64,000 nt of DNA from Planctomycetota bacterium (GTDB lineage: Bacteria > Planctomycetota > PLA2 > JAEUHO01): positions 256,001 through 320,000 of the forward strand of contig CBDCTJ010000003.1 of assembly GCA_965222115.1 (NCBI GenBank), in the 5' to 3' direction. Positions 1 through 10,088 of this stretch are shown here, one piece after another; position 1 is the stretch's first letter, and each line of letters starts with the position of its first letter. The notes beneath the pieces were generated by a model. That model saw only the letters and a program-made list of their open reading frames with translations, was not told the DNA's origin and did no database searches. Position numbers and translations under genes: made by a program.

Positions 1-2
1 TG

Positions 3-1445
3 ATTGCGGGCAAGAGCACCGAAGGGCTCTCCGTCGAAGACTGCGTTCGACTGCTCAAGGGTCCGGCTGGAACACCGGTCAAAGTCGTGATACTGCGTCG
101 CGGTTGGGAAGAAGCGCGCGAGTTCACGCTCGTACGTCAACGTATTACGATTCCCACCACCGCCTACGACATTTTGCCCGGCAAGATCGGGTTCCTCCAG
201 ATTCAAGGATTCTCTGAAGACACGGACCACGAGGTTGCCAAGGTCCTCGACAAGTTCGATGAAGCGGGCATCACCGGCTTGGTGATTGACCTGCGCTTCA
301 ACGGCGGTGGCTTTCTTCACTCCGCCGTCAAAATCGCCAGCAACTTTCTTCCCCGCGGCGCCGACGTCGTGCGCGAAAAGGGCCGCGATGGCGTCTACGC
401 GGGGAGGACGCACCGTTCCTTGGGTACCGGCGGCCACCGCAAACAAGTACCCGTCGTTGTGCTCGTCAATCAGGGCACCGCAAGTGCCGCGGAGATTCTC
501 TCGGGCGCACTACGAGATCATGACGTGGCGCGACTTGTGGGCCGAATCACATTCGGCAAAGGTTCGGCGCAGATTCCATTCGATATCGAATCGCGCCCCG
601 GTGAGCCCTTTGTGGATGTTCCGCGCAAGCGCTCCAGCCCGGGTCGCGGTGACCGCTACACCGATCTCAATGGCAATAACCGTTGGGATAAGGGCGAGCC
701 CTTTGAAGCCGCGCCGCGCAAGAACGGTCGCTACGACCACGCCGAGAAGTTCGATGATCGCAACGGCAACGGCTCCTGGGATCCGGGCGAGAAGTATATC
801 GACGCCAATGAAAATGGCGTCTACGACGTCGCCGAGCCCTTCACCGATAAGAACGGCAACAACAAGTACGACGTGGGTGGCGGCGCAAAGATCACCATTG
901 CCAACTACTACTTGCCCAGTGGCTTCAATCCCAAAGGCGAGATCAAGACCGTCGATGGCAAGGTACAGCGCGTCGGCGGCATCAAGCCCGATGTTGAGTC
1001 GCTCCCTAAGCGCCTCGATCTCTGGGAAGTGCAGGCACAGCGCAAGCTGGAATCCAAAGGCGACGTGCGCGATTACGTGGCGAAGCTCTTTGAGAAAGAC
1101 AAGGAACTGATGGATCGATTGGCGCGTTCCGATCGCAAGGATCCGTCGCTCTACCCGGGCTTTGACGAGTTTTACAGCTCCCTGGACACGCGCCTTAGCA
1201 AAGACGCGGTTCGGTGGCTTGTGCGCTACCACACGCGTCGCGAAGTCGGCGATCGGTTGGGACGTGAACTTGTGGGCGACATCGTGGATGATCGCCAGTT
1301 GCAAGCGGCCGTGCTCGATCTCTATGACACGCTTGACCGCGACTTCAATGCCGATGAAGACTTGGCATTCCTAGCGGCTGAGATCGCTGCCAAAGAAGCC
1401 GAGGACGAGAAGAACAAGCGCAAGCGCGAGCCCGCGGGCAAGTAA
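3..1445 (+). CDS. Carboxyl-terminal processing protease, S41A family (5'-truncated by the window edge)
   Basis: Frame is open from position 3 with a PDZ tail (LLKGPAGTPVKVVILR). S41 motifs DLRFNGGG, TASAAEI (catalytic Ser), TFGKGSAQ (catalytic Lys), YYLPSG and GIKPD are present. Confidence 0.92.
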   Translation: MAGKSTEGLSVEDCVRLLKGPAGTPVKVVILRRGWEEAREFTLVRQRITIPTTAYDILPGKIGFLQIQGFSEDTDHEVAKVLDKFDEAGITGLVIDLRFNGGGFLHSAVKIASNFLPRGADVVREKGRDGVYAGRTHRSLGTGGHRKQVPVVVLVNQGTASAAEILSGALRDHDVARLVGRITFGKGSAQIPFDIESRPGEPFVDVPRKRSSPGRGDRYTDLNGNNRWDKGEPFEAAPRKNGRYDHAEKFDDRNGNGSWDPGEKYIDANENGVYDVAEPFTDKNGNNKYDVGGGAKITIANYYLPSGFNPKGEIKTVDGKVQRVGGIKPDVESLPKRLDLWEVQAQRKLESKGDVRDYVAKLFEKDKELMDRLARSDRKDPSLYPGFDEFYSSLDTRLSKDAVRWLVRYHTRREVGDRLGRELVGDIVDDRQLQAAVLDLYDTLDRDFNADEDLAFLAAEIAAKEAEDEKNKRKREPAGK

Positions 1446-1456
1446 CAGCGGGCGCA

Positions 1457-1490
1457 ACGAGACACGGAACAGACGAGACACGGAACAGAC
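1457..1490. repeat. 16-bp tandem direct repeat (ACGAGACACGGAACAG x2)
   Basis: Two exact adjacent copies in the gap between the S41 protease and pgeF. Confidence 0.8.
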
Positions 1491-1514
1491 AAAGTGGCTT
1501 GCGAGTGATTCGCC

Positions 1515-2291
1515 ATGCGCGACGTTGAACGCTTGCGCTGCCTACCCGGCCTCGTACACGGCATGATTACGCGCGAGAATCGCGCCTGGGGTGCCGGTGC
1601 GAGCGAAGGTCCGTTTGCTGCGTGGAATCTCGGATTGAGCACCGATGATCATCGTGATCGCATAGTGTCAAACCGCCAGCGTGTCGCGGAGGCGCTTGGC
1701 TTTGAGCGTCTGGTAATGCCCCATCAAGTCCATGGCACGGCGATTCGCGAACTCCTTCCGACCACCGACCATCCAGGGAAATGCGACGGACTGTTGGTGC
1801 GCGAGCCCGGTCTACTTGCGGGTGTCATGGGCGCCGACTGCCCCGGTTTCTTATTGGTTCATCCGCCTTCGCACACATTGATTGTGGCGCATGCGGGTTG
1901 GCGCGGCATCGCGGGCAGCATGGCCACGCGTGCAGTAGAACGACTCGCGGCAGAAACAGGAGGCCATGCATCCTCGTTCGTGGCCGCGATCGGTCCAGGC
2001 ATTGGACAGGATCGCTACGAAGTGTCGCCCGATGTTGTTGAAGCGTTGCAGTGCTCACTGCCCTTCGATCTCACATCCAAGGACTTGGCTCGTGCGTCCA
2101 AACGATTGGGTCACGCCTACGTAGATCTGTGCGGCATCCTTCGCGCCCAATTCGTAGTTGCAGGCGTTTCCGAAGACACGCTTTTCAGCGACGGTACGTG
2201 CACGTTTGATCGACACGATTTGTGGTTTAGTCATCGCCGCGATCAGGGTGTGACGGGCCGACACGCGCTCGTCGCAGGTTGGCGCGTCTAA
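1515..2291 (+). CDS. pgeF: PgeF/YfiH family (polyphenol-oxidase-like, purine nucleoside phosphorylase)
   Basis: Motifs QVHG, ADC, AHAGWRG, IGPGIG, CT and FSHRR. Confidence 0.9.
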   Translation: MRDVERLRCLPGLVHGMITRENRAWGAGASEGPFAAWNLGLSTDDHRDRIVSNRQRVAEALGFERLVMPHQVHGTAIRELLPTTDHPGKCDGLLVREPGLLAGVMGADCPGFLLVHPPSHTLIVAHAGWRGIAGSMATRAVERLAAETGGHASSFVAAIGPGIGQDRYEVSPDVVEALQCSLPFDLTSKDLARASKRLGHAYVDLCGILRAQFVVAGVSEDTLFSDGTCTFDRHDLWFSHRRDQGVTGRHALVAGWRV

Positions 2292-2292
2292 G

Positions 2293-2691
2293 TTACGCGG
2301 GCTCGACTTCGTGCAGCGCGGCTTCAAAGGCGCGATCAAAGGCCTCGTCGAAGCGGTAGAGGCCACGAAAGTCGTCGATGGAGTCGTCGGCCGTCTTCTG
2401 AAGCAGATCGGCACCAATCAGATTGAAGACAATGCGACCAAAATCGTCGGTGGTGGTGACGCCCCAGTGCTCAAGCACCGTGCGGGCCATGAAGCCAAAC
2501 TTCTCAAGCGCCAAGCCACGGACGCCGTCCATGATCTCGGGGCCACTCACGTGCCGACGTGTTCCGCCGCGCGACTGAATGGTGAAGTCGAGCGCCTCAA
2601 AGACGAAATGGTACGCATCGGCATCGAAGCGCGGGTCCCGACGGACGATCGACTGAATGGTGATGTCTTTGTCCAGACAACTCACGTGCAT
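2293..2691 (-). CDS. Minf_1886-family (TIGR04138-like) protein
   Basis: DPRF..AYHFVFEAL, RHVSGPE, FGFMARTVL..WGV..T.DFG.IVFNLI; family typical of PVC bacteria. Confidence 0.8.
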   Translation of the reverse strand: MHVSCLDKDITIQSIVRRDPRFDADAYHFVFEALDFTIQSRGGTRRHVSGPEIMDGVRGLALEKFGFMARTVLEHWGVTTTDDFGRIVFNLIGADLLQKTADDSIDDFRGLYRFDEAFDRAFEAALHEVEPA

Positions 2692-2978
2692 GGCCTCACT
2701 TCAACGCATCTCGCTACGACACGTCGTGCGAAAACGCGACGACCAGCGACAACCTGCCGCCGGACTTCTACGGTCATTGGCATGCGCCCAGCACGCCCTA
2801 CCTACCCTCGCCGCTCGAATGCGGAGCGTCACCGTACGCACTTCACATTTGAGGGCGCATCAAAAAAAGTGAGCGCACCTTGACAACGACCACACAACAG
2901 GGCCAGGGACCTCATTGCGTCCGTCCACTATCGACTACCGAACGGGCTCCGTCACAGGCGAAAGGAGGAATTCCCGAC

Positions 2979-3965
2979 TCACGCCCGGGCGTGTTGTGAA
3001 AGGCGCAGCAGGGTCTCGGTAAACATGATCAAAGGCGTCCCGTTTTGGTGTGTGGCCTGTTGCAAACCGAGCAGGTCCTCATGCCAGGCGAGCGCCAACG
3101 AGACCGAGGAAAGCGGGCAGACCGGGCTGGATCGACCGCGCATGACGTCTCGCGCGCCCACTTGAAGCACGTGCAGCAGTTCGCTCGTCACAGCGCGCTG
3201 TGCCACCGCTGCTGTGATGGGCGGCTCGCCGCTCTCCTTGAGCGTGGCGGCGGCCGCTGAGAGTCTTTGCCACCACCCGTCGCTGAGCTCCATCAAAGAC
3301 GGTGCGCCGCGCGCGATCGATTCGCTGATGGCCTGAGCAATGGAAACGATGCCTAGTGTGGCAAGGCGTTCCGCACGATGGATCGACCCGGAGGCGCACT
3401 GAGCGATGAGTGCAGCGTCTTCCTCAACCGGGAAGCTGGCAAGATGATCCACCAGTGCCTCGATCGAATGAGGTGCCAAACGCAGGCGGCGACAACGACT
3501 GAGAACCGTATCGGGCAAGCGCTCTGCATGACATGTGAGCAGAAGAAACACGGTCGTGGCCGGCGGTTCTTCCAGAACTTTGAGATAGCGTGATGCGGCG
3601 CGAATATCCATGGCGTCGGCCGGTTGAATAATGAAGATCTGGTGTGATCCATGGCGGGGCGATAGGTAGGCTTGCTCCAATTGCGTGGCGAGCGCCTCCA
3701 GCGAGATCACCGTAGCCTTGTCACGATGCACGTGATGAACATCGGGATGGTTGCCGCCCACGATTCGTTGGTGCAATACGTCGAGCTCTCGTTCGTCGGT
3801 CGCCAACACACACGTTGCAAACAGGTCGGCGAGGTCGGCCAGCGCGCGATCGTCATTGCCTTCGATGAGGTAGCTGGGTGAAAAGCGACGCGTGGACACA
3901 ATATCGTGCAGCGTTTCGCCGGCTTGACCAAAGCGCGTAAGCGGATGCGACACGTGTACATTCAT
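2979..3965 (-). CDS. holB: DNA polymerase III delta' subunit
   Basis: NHPD, LKVLEEPP and LPDTVLSRC motifs; overlaps the tmk stop (conserved tmk-holB order). Confidence 0.85.
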   Translation of the reverse strand: MNVHVSHPLTRFGQAGETLHDIVSTRRFSPSYLIEGNDDRALADLADLFATCVLATDERELDVLHQRIVGGNHPDVHHVHRDKATVISLEALATQLEQAYLSPRHGSHQIFIIQPADAMDIRAASRYLKVLEEPPATTVFLLLTCHAERLPDTVLSRCRRLRLAPHSIEALVDHLASFPVEEDAALIAQCASGSIHRAERLATLGIVSIAQAISESIARGAPSLMELSDGWWQRLSAAAATLKESGEPPITAAVAQRAVTSELLHVLQVGARDVMRGRSSPVCPLSSVSLALAWHEDLLGLQQATHQNGTPLIMFTETLLRLSQHARA

Positions 3966-4600
3966 TTCAAGGCCACACCTTCAATGGCGCGCCATACATC
4001 GGCAAATACCTGATCCACGGTGCGATCCGCATTTACGATTGCGCGCGCGGGGGCCGCTCCTTGAAATTGGGCACGAAAGGTCTCGGCCACTCGCTTGCGA
4101 TACGCCAGGTCACGCTTCTCCATGCGGTCCAGTGGACGCTTGATACGTGCATGGCTCACGGTGGCATCGATATCAAGCAGAATCGCCACATGCGGTTCAA
4201 CACCTCCGGTAGCGATGCGTGACGTATCGGCAATGTGTTGCTTGTCGGCACCGCCCCCACCACCTTGATACGCCATGGTGGCAAAGTGCCAACGCTCGCA
4301 GACCACGTCTTCGCCACGCCGAAGGGCCGGAGCAATCACATCCCGCGCAAGTTGGGCACGCGCGGCTTGATAGAGAAACAACTCGGCGGTGGCGTTGACC
4401 GTCATGGATGGATCGAGGAGCACGGCCCGAACGGCTTCACCGACATCTGTGCCCCCGGGTTCGCGGGTGTGCAAGACCTCACGGCCCTCTCGCTTCAAGG
4501 CCTCTACAACCCGCGCCGCCTGCGTGGATTTGCCGCACCCGTCCAATCCGTCGAGAACAATGAAACGAGCGGCGTTCGGGGTTGATGACGTGGCGTTCAC
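3962..4600 (-). CDS. tmk: Thymidylate (dTMP) kinase
   Basis: FIVLDGLDGCGKSTQ P-loop, TREPGGT, AYQG, DRME. Start re-assigned to the GTG at 4600 (approximate). Confidence 0.93.
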   Translation of the reverse strand: MNATSSTPNAARFIVLDGLDGCGKSTQAARVVEALKREGREVLHTREPGGTDVGEAVRAVLLDPSMTVNATAELFLYQAARAQLARDVIAPALRRGEDVVCERWHFATMAYQGGGGGADKQHIADTSRIATGGVEPHVAILLDIDATVSHARIKRPLDRMEKRDLAYRKRVAETFRAQFQGAAPARAIVNADRTVDQVFADVWRAIEGVALK

Positions 4601-4664
4601 GGGCGAAGAACCTACTTCGAGAGAGGAGGGAACGTAGCGTACGCTGCGGCTCTGACGATCCGGG

Positions 4665-6281
4665 CTAGAGGCGCGCAAGCAGTCCGTCGATGAGTTGCTC
4701 GATTTCGGGATCGGTGCGATGCAGCTCGCGGATCTCGCTCAACGATCGACTCACGCTGCTGTGACTGCGCAGACCAAATGCACGCCCGAGTTCCTTGAGG
4801 GGCAGGGCGCACGCGCGATACACGATGTACATGGCAACGCGGCGCGGGAGTACGGCGCTCCTGAGCTTGGTGGATCGATCGAGCAGCTCGCGCGATATGC
4901 CGTAGTGCGCCGCGACCAAATCCTTTGCACGTCGCACGACTTCGTCGCGGGCCGAGGTTGCGGGCGGCGGGGCCACTTCATCAAGCCACTCGGGCGACAA
5001 GGCACTCCCTGTCCGTAGCGAGGCGATTGCGTATCGATCCAGGAGCTGCGTGCACGTGTGCATGCATCGCGAGCGCGCCACGAGCGCGGTCAACACGTCT
5101 GGACGGCAGCGAACGCGAAAATGCATCAAACGACGCGTAAGGATTTCACGGCGAAGCTCGTCATCGGGCGCAGGAAGATGAATGGCAACGCCCCCGGCGA
5201 GACGCGACGCCAGTTGAGCGGAAAACCCCTCCACGCGCAACGGACCGCTCCTACCATCGGGACGAAGCTGACTGGATGCAATGAGCATCGTATTCGTGCG
5301 TGCGAAGCGACGGAACAAGGTGAGCAAGTGACTCTGAGTGGCGTGTCGCCCACGCAACTGATCCACATCATCAATCAAAACAAAGCGGCGGCTCGAAAGA
5401 TCCGACTCAAGTGCTCGTACCGCGTAGGCATCGCCCCCTCGCACCGCCGACACGAAATGTCTTGTGAACGTTCGCGCATGCAAGTAGATGGAGTCACCCG
5501 GCCGACGACGATGAACTTCGGCATGAAAGGCTTGCAGGAGGTGCGACTTGCCAACGCCCGCGGGACCATAGAGCAATATTGTTGATGGGCCAGCTAAGGC
5601 GGCCCAATGCTGCGGAGCCTCAGAGATTTCGTGCTGCGGAGCCTTAGAGGGATGTGTCGATGCACGACTACGCGGCGGATTGGAAGAGGCGGGTGCTGAA
5701 ACCGACGGCGACGCGTTCAAGATCCGCTCGAAGAGGAGCCGCGCAAATCTGCTGGAGGATCCCGCCACAAAAGATGAAAGCTGGGGGCGCGGGCGCGCGT
5801 CGGCGAGCAGGGCCGCCCAAACGTTTTCACGTTCCGGCAGTGCATCGCGCACATGGCGGCGTTCGTCCAGTGCCTTCGAAACATGAATGTCTAGCTTGAC
5901 GCCGGGACCGAGTACGGCGTCACATGCACGACGCAGTGGGTCGGCATAAATGCACGCCAGCCACATGCGGTGGGCATCGGTGGGTACGGCGAGCGTTACC
6001 GTGTCATCGAGTACATTCGTAACCGCCGCATCGCGAAACCAAAGCGTCGTGCGCCGTTTGCCCAGAGACTTTGAAAGCTCGTCTCGGAGCTTGGCGGCGA
6101 TCATTTGATACGGCGTGGACGCAGAACCCAAGCGCTCATCACGGCCACGTAGAGACGACGTCGCAACCTGGTTCGCGCCCAACCCTCCGATGGGTGCATC
6201 GAGTTTCGTACGGTCATCTTGCGAGTTGCATACAACCTTGGGCGTAACGTCTGACGGGTGAATCGCCGAACTTCGCTGCAC
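4665..6281 (-). CDS. dnaA: DnaA-family replication initiator, divergent (start may be near 6104)
   Basis: Domain I-like segment (TLWF...VTLAVP), Walker A GPAGVGKS, Walker B LIDDV, LASRL..G, and domain IV RRVAMY...LGRAFG.RSHSSV. Confidence 0.8.
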   Translation of the reverse strand: MQRSSAIHPSDVTPKVVCNSQDDRTKLDAPIGGLGANQVATSSLRGRDERLGSASTPYQMIAAKLRDELSKSLGKRRTTLWFRDAAVTNVLDDTVTLAVPTDAHRMWLACIYADPLRRACDAVLGPGVKLDIHVSKALDERRHVRDALPERENVWAALLADARPRPQLSSFVAGSSSRFARLLFERILNASPSVSAPASSNPPRSRASTHPSKAPQHEISEAPQHWAALAGPSTILLYGPAGVGKSHLLQAFHAEVHRRRPGDSIYLHARTFTRHFVSAVRGGDAYAVRALESDLSSRRFVLIDDVDQLRGRHATQSHLLTLFRRFARTNTMLIASSQLRPDGRSGPLRVEGFSAQLASRLAGGVAIHLPAPDDELRREILTRRLMHFRVRCRPDVLTALVARSRCMHTCTQLLDRYAIASLRTGSALSPEWLDEVAPPPATSARDEVVRRAKDLVAAHYGISRELLDRSTKLRSAVLPRRVAMYIVYRACALPLKELGRAFGLRSHSSVSRSLSEIRELHRTDPEIEQLIDGLLARL

Positions 6282-6318
6282 CGTGCCTCTGCTCCCAGGG
6301 TTATGCGTCCCCCGCGAC

Positions 6319-9300
6319 TTACCGCCCTTCGGTCGCTTGTTGCTTCAGCATACGTGCAGCGGCGCTGTCGGGGTCAATCCGCAGCGCCGCAAAAGCCTGC
6401 TCCAATGCACCGTCGGCATCGCCATCATCGAGCAACACTTGCCCCAATGAAATGCGATCGTCAAGCACGCCGGCCTCCTCTTGCTTCTCATCGGGAAGCA
6501 TAGCGCCCAACTCCACCTGAACGCGCAGCTCGCGGAGCGCGTCCTTGGTGTTGCCGAGTTCGGTCAGTGCTTTGGCGTAGGTACGGTGAAGCTCCAAATC
6601 GGGCATCTCGTCCCGGGACACGTTGGCCCCAAACGGAGAGATATCCACCATCTCTTCACAAAGTTTGCGCACAGTTTTCCACTCTTTCTTCTCGGCGTGC
6701 CAATCGAGAAGCTCTTTGCGCGCTTTGTAGTCCTTGGGCGCAACGGCAATGTAACCGTGCATCTCTTTGATCGATTCGTCAAGCTTGCCCGCACTGCGGT
6801 AGATCTTGGCGAGCTGCGTGTAGGGATTGTCCTTACCTGAATAGCGCGGGAAACACTTCTTAGCCGCCTGAAGGTGGGCAACCGCTTTGTCGGTATCGGT
6901 GCCGTGGGTCATTTCGTGTTCGGCGAGGAAGAGGCGCGCTCGGAGGTCGTCGCCACCGTCCGCAAGGAACTTCTCGTAGAGCTCCTTGGCAACGCCCGCG
7001 CGCTCTTGCTGCTGCGCCATACGCGCCTGGAGCAAAATGACGTCTGGCAGATCCGGGTCAAGCTTGATCGCCTTTTGCAGGGCCGCGCCCGCGTCAATCT
7101 CCCGCTTGCGCTGGAAGTGACCCCAGGCAAGGCGCGCCCAGGACGCTGCATCCTTTGGGTTCTTGGACGTGCGCGACTTGAGTTTGCGCATGGTGGCGTC
7201 GTTCCACACCGGCACCATCTTGTAGCCGGACACGATCTTGCCAACAAACTCGTGAAACATGGCGTCGTATTTGGACAGTTCAAGCTCGAGTACTTCCTTA
7301 AAGACCTCCGCCGTGGACTTGTCCTTGGCAAATAGCTTGAGCATTTCAGGAATCACCTTGAAGCCGCGCGCCTCTTGAAGGTGTTCGGCAATGAGCCCGC
7401 CCTGGAAGTAGGCAAACATAATATCGGGGCCGCGGAACGCGCTGTTGATGGAGCCCATCTTCAGCAGGCTGCCGTTGTGCCAACGATTGAAGAGTTCGAC
7501 ATCCATGTCGCGCCCCCACACTTCCTTGCGTTGCCCTTCTTCAAAGACGGACAGGCCTTCGGTGAGCCAACGAGGCACCTGTCCCTCGCTCAGCGTGAGC
7601 GTGACCACGTGCGCGAACTCGTGCCATGTGGTGCGCGACCAACTGAACTGCCCCATGGGTTTGGCGGTGGGTCCCAAGAGGGTGACCACGTTGCCAAAGC
7701 ACACACCCAAGGCGGGCAGGCCCAGCGTGCCGACCGAACGCACGGAAAAATCGTCATCGCGATCGAAGGCGTCGGCATAAACGACCTTCGGCGGCTGTAC
7801 GCCGTATTTCTTGCCAAGCACCTCATAGGATTCTTCAAGCAGCGGCAGCAGATAGTGCTTCATGACCGGTGCTTCTTTGAAAGGGATACGAACGACGAAG
7901 TGCTTGGTCTTGTAGACCTTGTGCTTCGGCATGGCAACCGTGAGCACCTCAATCCAATTGTCTCGACGGATGTCGGCGTATTGCTTGGCGACTTCGTAGC
8001 CTTTGTTGAATTGCTTGAGCGCCTCGTCCGTTTTCCCGGTGTTCATGAGCGCTTCGCCGAGCACGACGTAGGCGTTGCGATTGGCCGGGTCGACCTCGAT
8101 GGCTTTGCGTGCGAGTGTGCCCGCCGTGTCGTAGCGACGCTGACGCTCTCCCACGAGTTCGGACACCGTGATGTAGAACTCGCCATAGAGCGGATCGCGC
8201 TTCAACACCGTGTCGCGAAGTGCTTCGAACGGCTCTTGCTCGCCGCGAATGTAGTGCAGCGCTGCTTTGATCGAGTTGACGTCCTTGTTTTCAGGATCAA
8301 CGGCCTGAGCACGCTTGATTAACTTCTCAGCGTCGTCGTAATCACCGTCCCCCACATGAATCTTGGCTTTGAGCGCCAGTGCGGGAACGAGTTTGGGATT
8401 GGTCTGGAGCGCACGCGTAAGGCCCTTGAGTGCTTGCGACTGCTTGTAGAACACCAGTTGGGTATGGGCCAACCCCACGCGAGCAATCGCGAGTTCCGAG
8501 TTTTGTTTTAGGAGGCGTTGGTAGTACTTGGCGGCCGTGCTTTGCCCCTGCACCCCCTTGTCGCTGCGAAACAGGTCCGCCAATTGAAGCGTGGCATCGG
8601 TATCGGATTCGTGATCCTTGACGTAGCGTTGCATGAGGCCCAATGCCTGCTGCAACATGTCGTCGCCCGGTTTGGGGCTGAGCCATGTGGCGCGTTCTGC
8701 GGCCCGGGCCACCCACGGGTTATCGGACGGAATCGTCTGCTCGCCGTTGTAGGCCTCCAACACCTGATCCAAGACAGCGAGCGCCTCTTTTCGTCGCCCA
8801 AACTCCTCATGGACTTCCGAAAGAAATACGCGCGCCATCACGTCTTTGGCATCGGCTTTCGCGGCGGCGCTGGCGGCCTTCTCCAGCGATGCCCAGTCAC
8901 CGACGTCGCGCCACAGGCGATATTGCAATGCCCTGATACGCACGTCGTCGGGCGTTACCTTGCGGGCGGCAGCGACAGTTTCGATGGCTTCCTTATATTT
9001 TCCGGTTCTACGCTGCACGCGGGCGGTGAGAAACGCAACAAGCGGATTGTCTTTGTCGTAGCGCGCAAGACGCTTCATGCGGGATAGCACTTCGTCGTGA
9101 CTGCCCCGCCGGAAGGCCTCGATTCCTTTCTCGGTGTGCCGCTCGATGGCCTCGAGTCGTTCTTCTTCTTCCTCGGACAGTTCTTCTTCGTCTTCGGATT
9201 CGCGATCGGCGACCCTTTCCGATGCCGCGGCCCCGTCATCTTTTTCGTCATCTGCGTGGACGGGAAGGGGTGCAGCCCCGAAGCCCACAGATAACAGCAG

Positions 9301-9426
9301 CGCCGCGAGCATGACCAGGTGGATTAGACGTCGATGCCACGCACGGCGGGGGCTTTGATTCGGATCCGCAGACAGCGAATGGTTCGCGCCCGCTTCGTCG
9401 ATTAGAAGCAAATCGGAATGAGGCAT
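6319..9426 (-). CDS. Secreted TPR-repeat protein with a central MA-clan (gluzincin-like) metallopeptidase domain
   Basis: Hydrophobic signal segment, many TPR-like helices, HEFAH...VPRWLTEGLS motif. Start uncertain (about 9313-9537). Confidence 0.75.
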   Translation of the reverse strand: MPHSDLLLIDEAGANHSLSADPNQSPRRAWHRRLIHLVMLAALLLSVGFGAAPLPVHADDEKDDGAAASERVADRESEDEEELSEEEEERLEAIERHTEKGIEAFRRGSHDEVLSRMKRLARYDKDNPLVAFLTARVQRRTGKYKEAIETVAAARKVTPDDVRIRALQYRLWRDVGDWASLEKAASAAAKADAKDVMARVFLSEVHEEFGRRKEALAVLDQVLEAYNGEQTIPSDNPWVARAAERATWLSPKPGDDMLQQALGLMQRYVKDHESDTDATLQLADLFRSDKGVQGQSTAAKYYQRLLKQNSELAIARVGLAHTQLVFYKQSQALKGLTRALQTNPKLVPALALKAKIHVGDGDYDDAEKLIKRAQAVDPENKDVNSIKAALHYIRGEQEPFEALRDTVLKRDPLYGEFYITVSELVGERQRRYDTAGTLARKAIEVDPANRNAYVVLGEALMNTGKTDEALKQFNKGYEVAKQYADIRRDNWIEVLTVAMPKHKVYKTKHFVVRIPFKEAPVMKHYLLPLLEESYEVLGKKYGVQPPKVVYADAFDRDDDFSVRSVGTLGLPALGVCFGNVVTLLGPTAKPMGQFSWSRTTWHEFAHVVTLTLSEGQVPRWLTEGLSVFEEGQRKEVWGRDMDVELFNRWHNGSLLKMGSINSAFRGPDIMFAYFQGGLIAEHLQEARGFKVIPEMLKLFAKDKSTAEVFKEVLELELSKYDAMFHEFVGKIVSGYKMVPVWNDATMRKLKSRTSKNPKDAASWARLAWGHFQRKREIDAGAALQKAIKLDPDLPDVILLQARMAQQQERAGVAKELYEKFLADGGDDLRARLFLAEHEMTHGTDTDKAVAHLQAAKKCFPRYSGKDNPYTQLAKIYRSAGKLDESIKEMHGYIAVAPKDYKARKELLDWHAEKKEWKTVRKLCEEMVDISPFGANVSRDEMPDLELHRTYAKALTELGNTKDALRELRVQVELGAMLPDEKQEEAGVLDDRISLGQVLLDDGDADGALEQAFAALRIDPDSAAARMLKQQATEGR

Positions 9427-9585
9427 AGGAACTCCACGGGCCGCGGGTCGTTCAGCCGGACGCGCGGGCTCCAAGTGTATCCGCTGTCGCGGCCTGGATT
9501 CGTGTGGACGCACCCGGCGCGTCGTCGAAATCGGCAATCGGGCCGCGAAGCGCTCACGTGCGCCGCGGCGATCCGGTGCAGACGA

Positions 9586-9990
9586 CTACTTGGCAGAGCC
9601 GGCGGGTTTCGTCGATACGCCGAGGTCTTCTAGTTGGGTCTTGAGATCGCGAAACTTGCGACGCGCGTTGTCGAACGCGTTTTGGGCTTCCGTAAACTCG
9701 GGCGTCAAAGCATCAACGCCGGGCTTCAGTTCAGCAATCCTGGCCTCGTTCTTGCTCTTCACCGCTGCCATATAGGGACGATTTACCTTTTCAAGCTTAT
9801 CCCGCACCGTGTTGTAGGCCTCGGTCTTCTCGGCGAACTCCTGCCTCGCAGCGTCAAATGCTTTTTGGAGCTTGGAAATTTTGGCCTTCTTCTCAGCCTC
9901 GGCATCGCCACAGGACATGAGTACTAGGCCGGGGACAACGAAAGCCAAGAGCAAGAAGATGCGAGTCAGAGATTTCGTGCCTGGGGTCAT
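9586..9990 (-). CDS. Small coiled-coil lipoprotein
   Basis: AGGAGG RBS before the ATG at 9990, lipobox-like LMSC, helical K/E-rich body. Confidence 0.7.
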   Translation of the reverse strand: MTPGTKSLTRIFLLLAFVVPGLVLMSCGDAEAEKKAKISKLQKAFDAARQEFAEKTEAYNTVRDKLEKVNRPYMAAVKSKNEARIAELKPGVDALTPEFTEAQNAFDNARRKFRDLKTQLEDLGVSTKPAGSAK

Positions 9991-10088
9991 GATGTGGTTC
10001 CTCCTGGTGCAACTCACTATAGCCATAGCCCATGTCTATTCACGCTGGGCCTAACCCTGCCTGCCATGGAATCGCTCGACGAGGATAA

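Noticed and set aside
2692-2978. Possible ncRNA between holB and the Minf_1886-family gene
   Set aside because: Only weak hairpins; no tRNA, SRP, 6S or tmRNA signature was recognisable.
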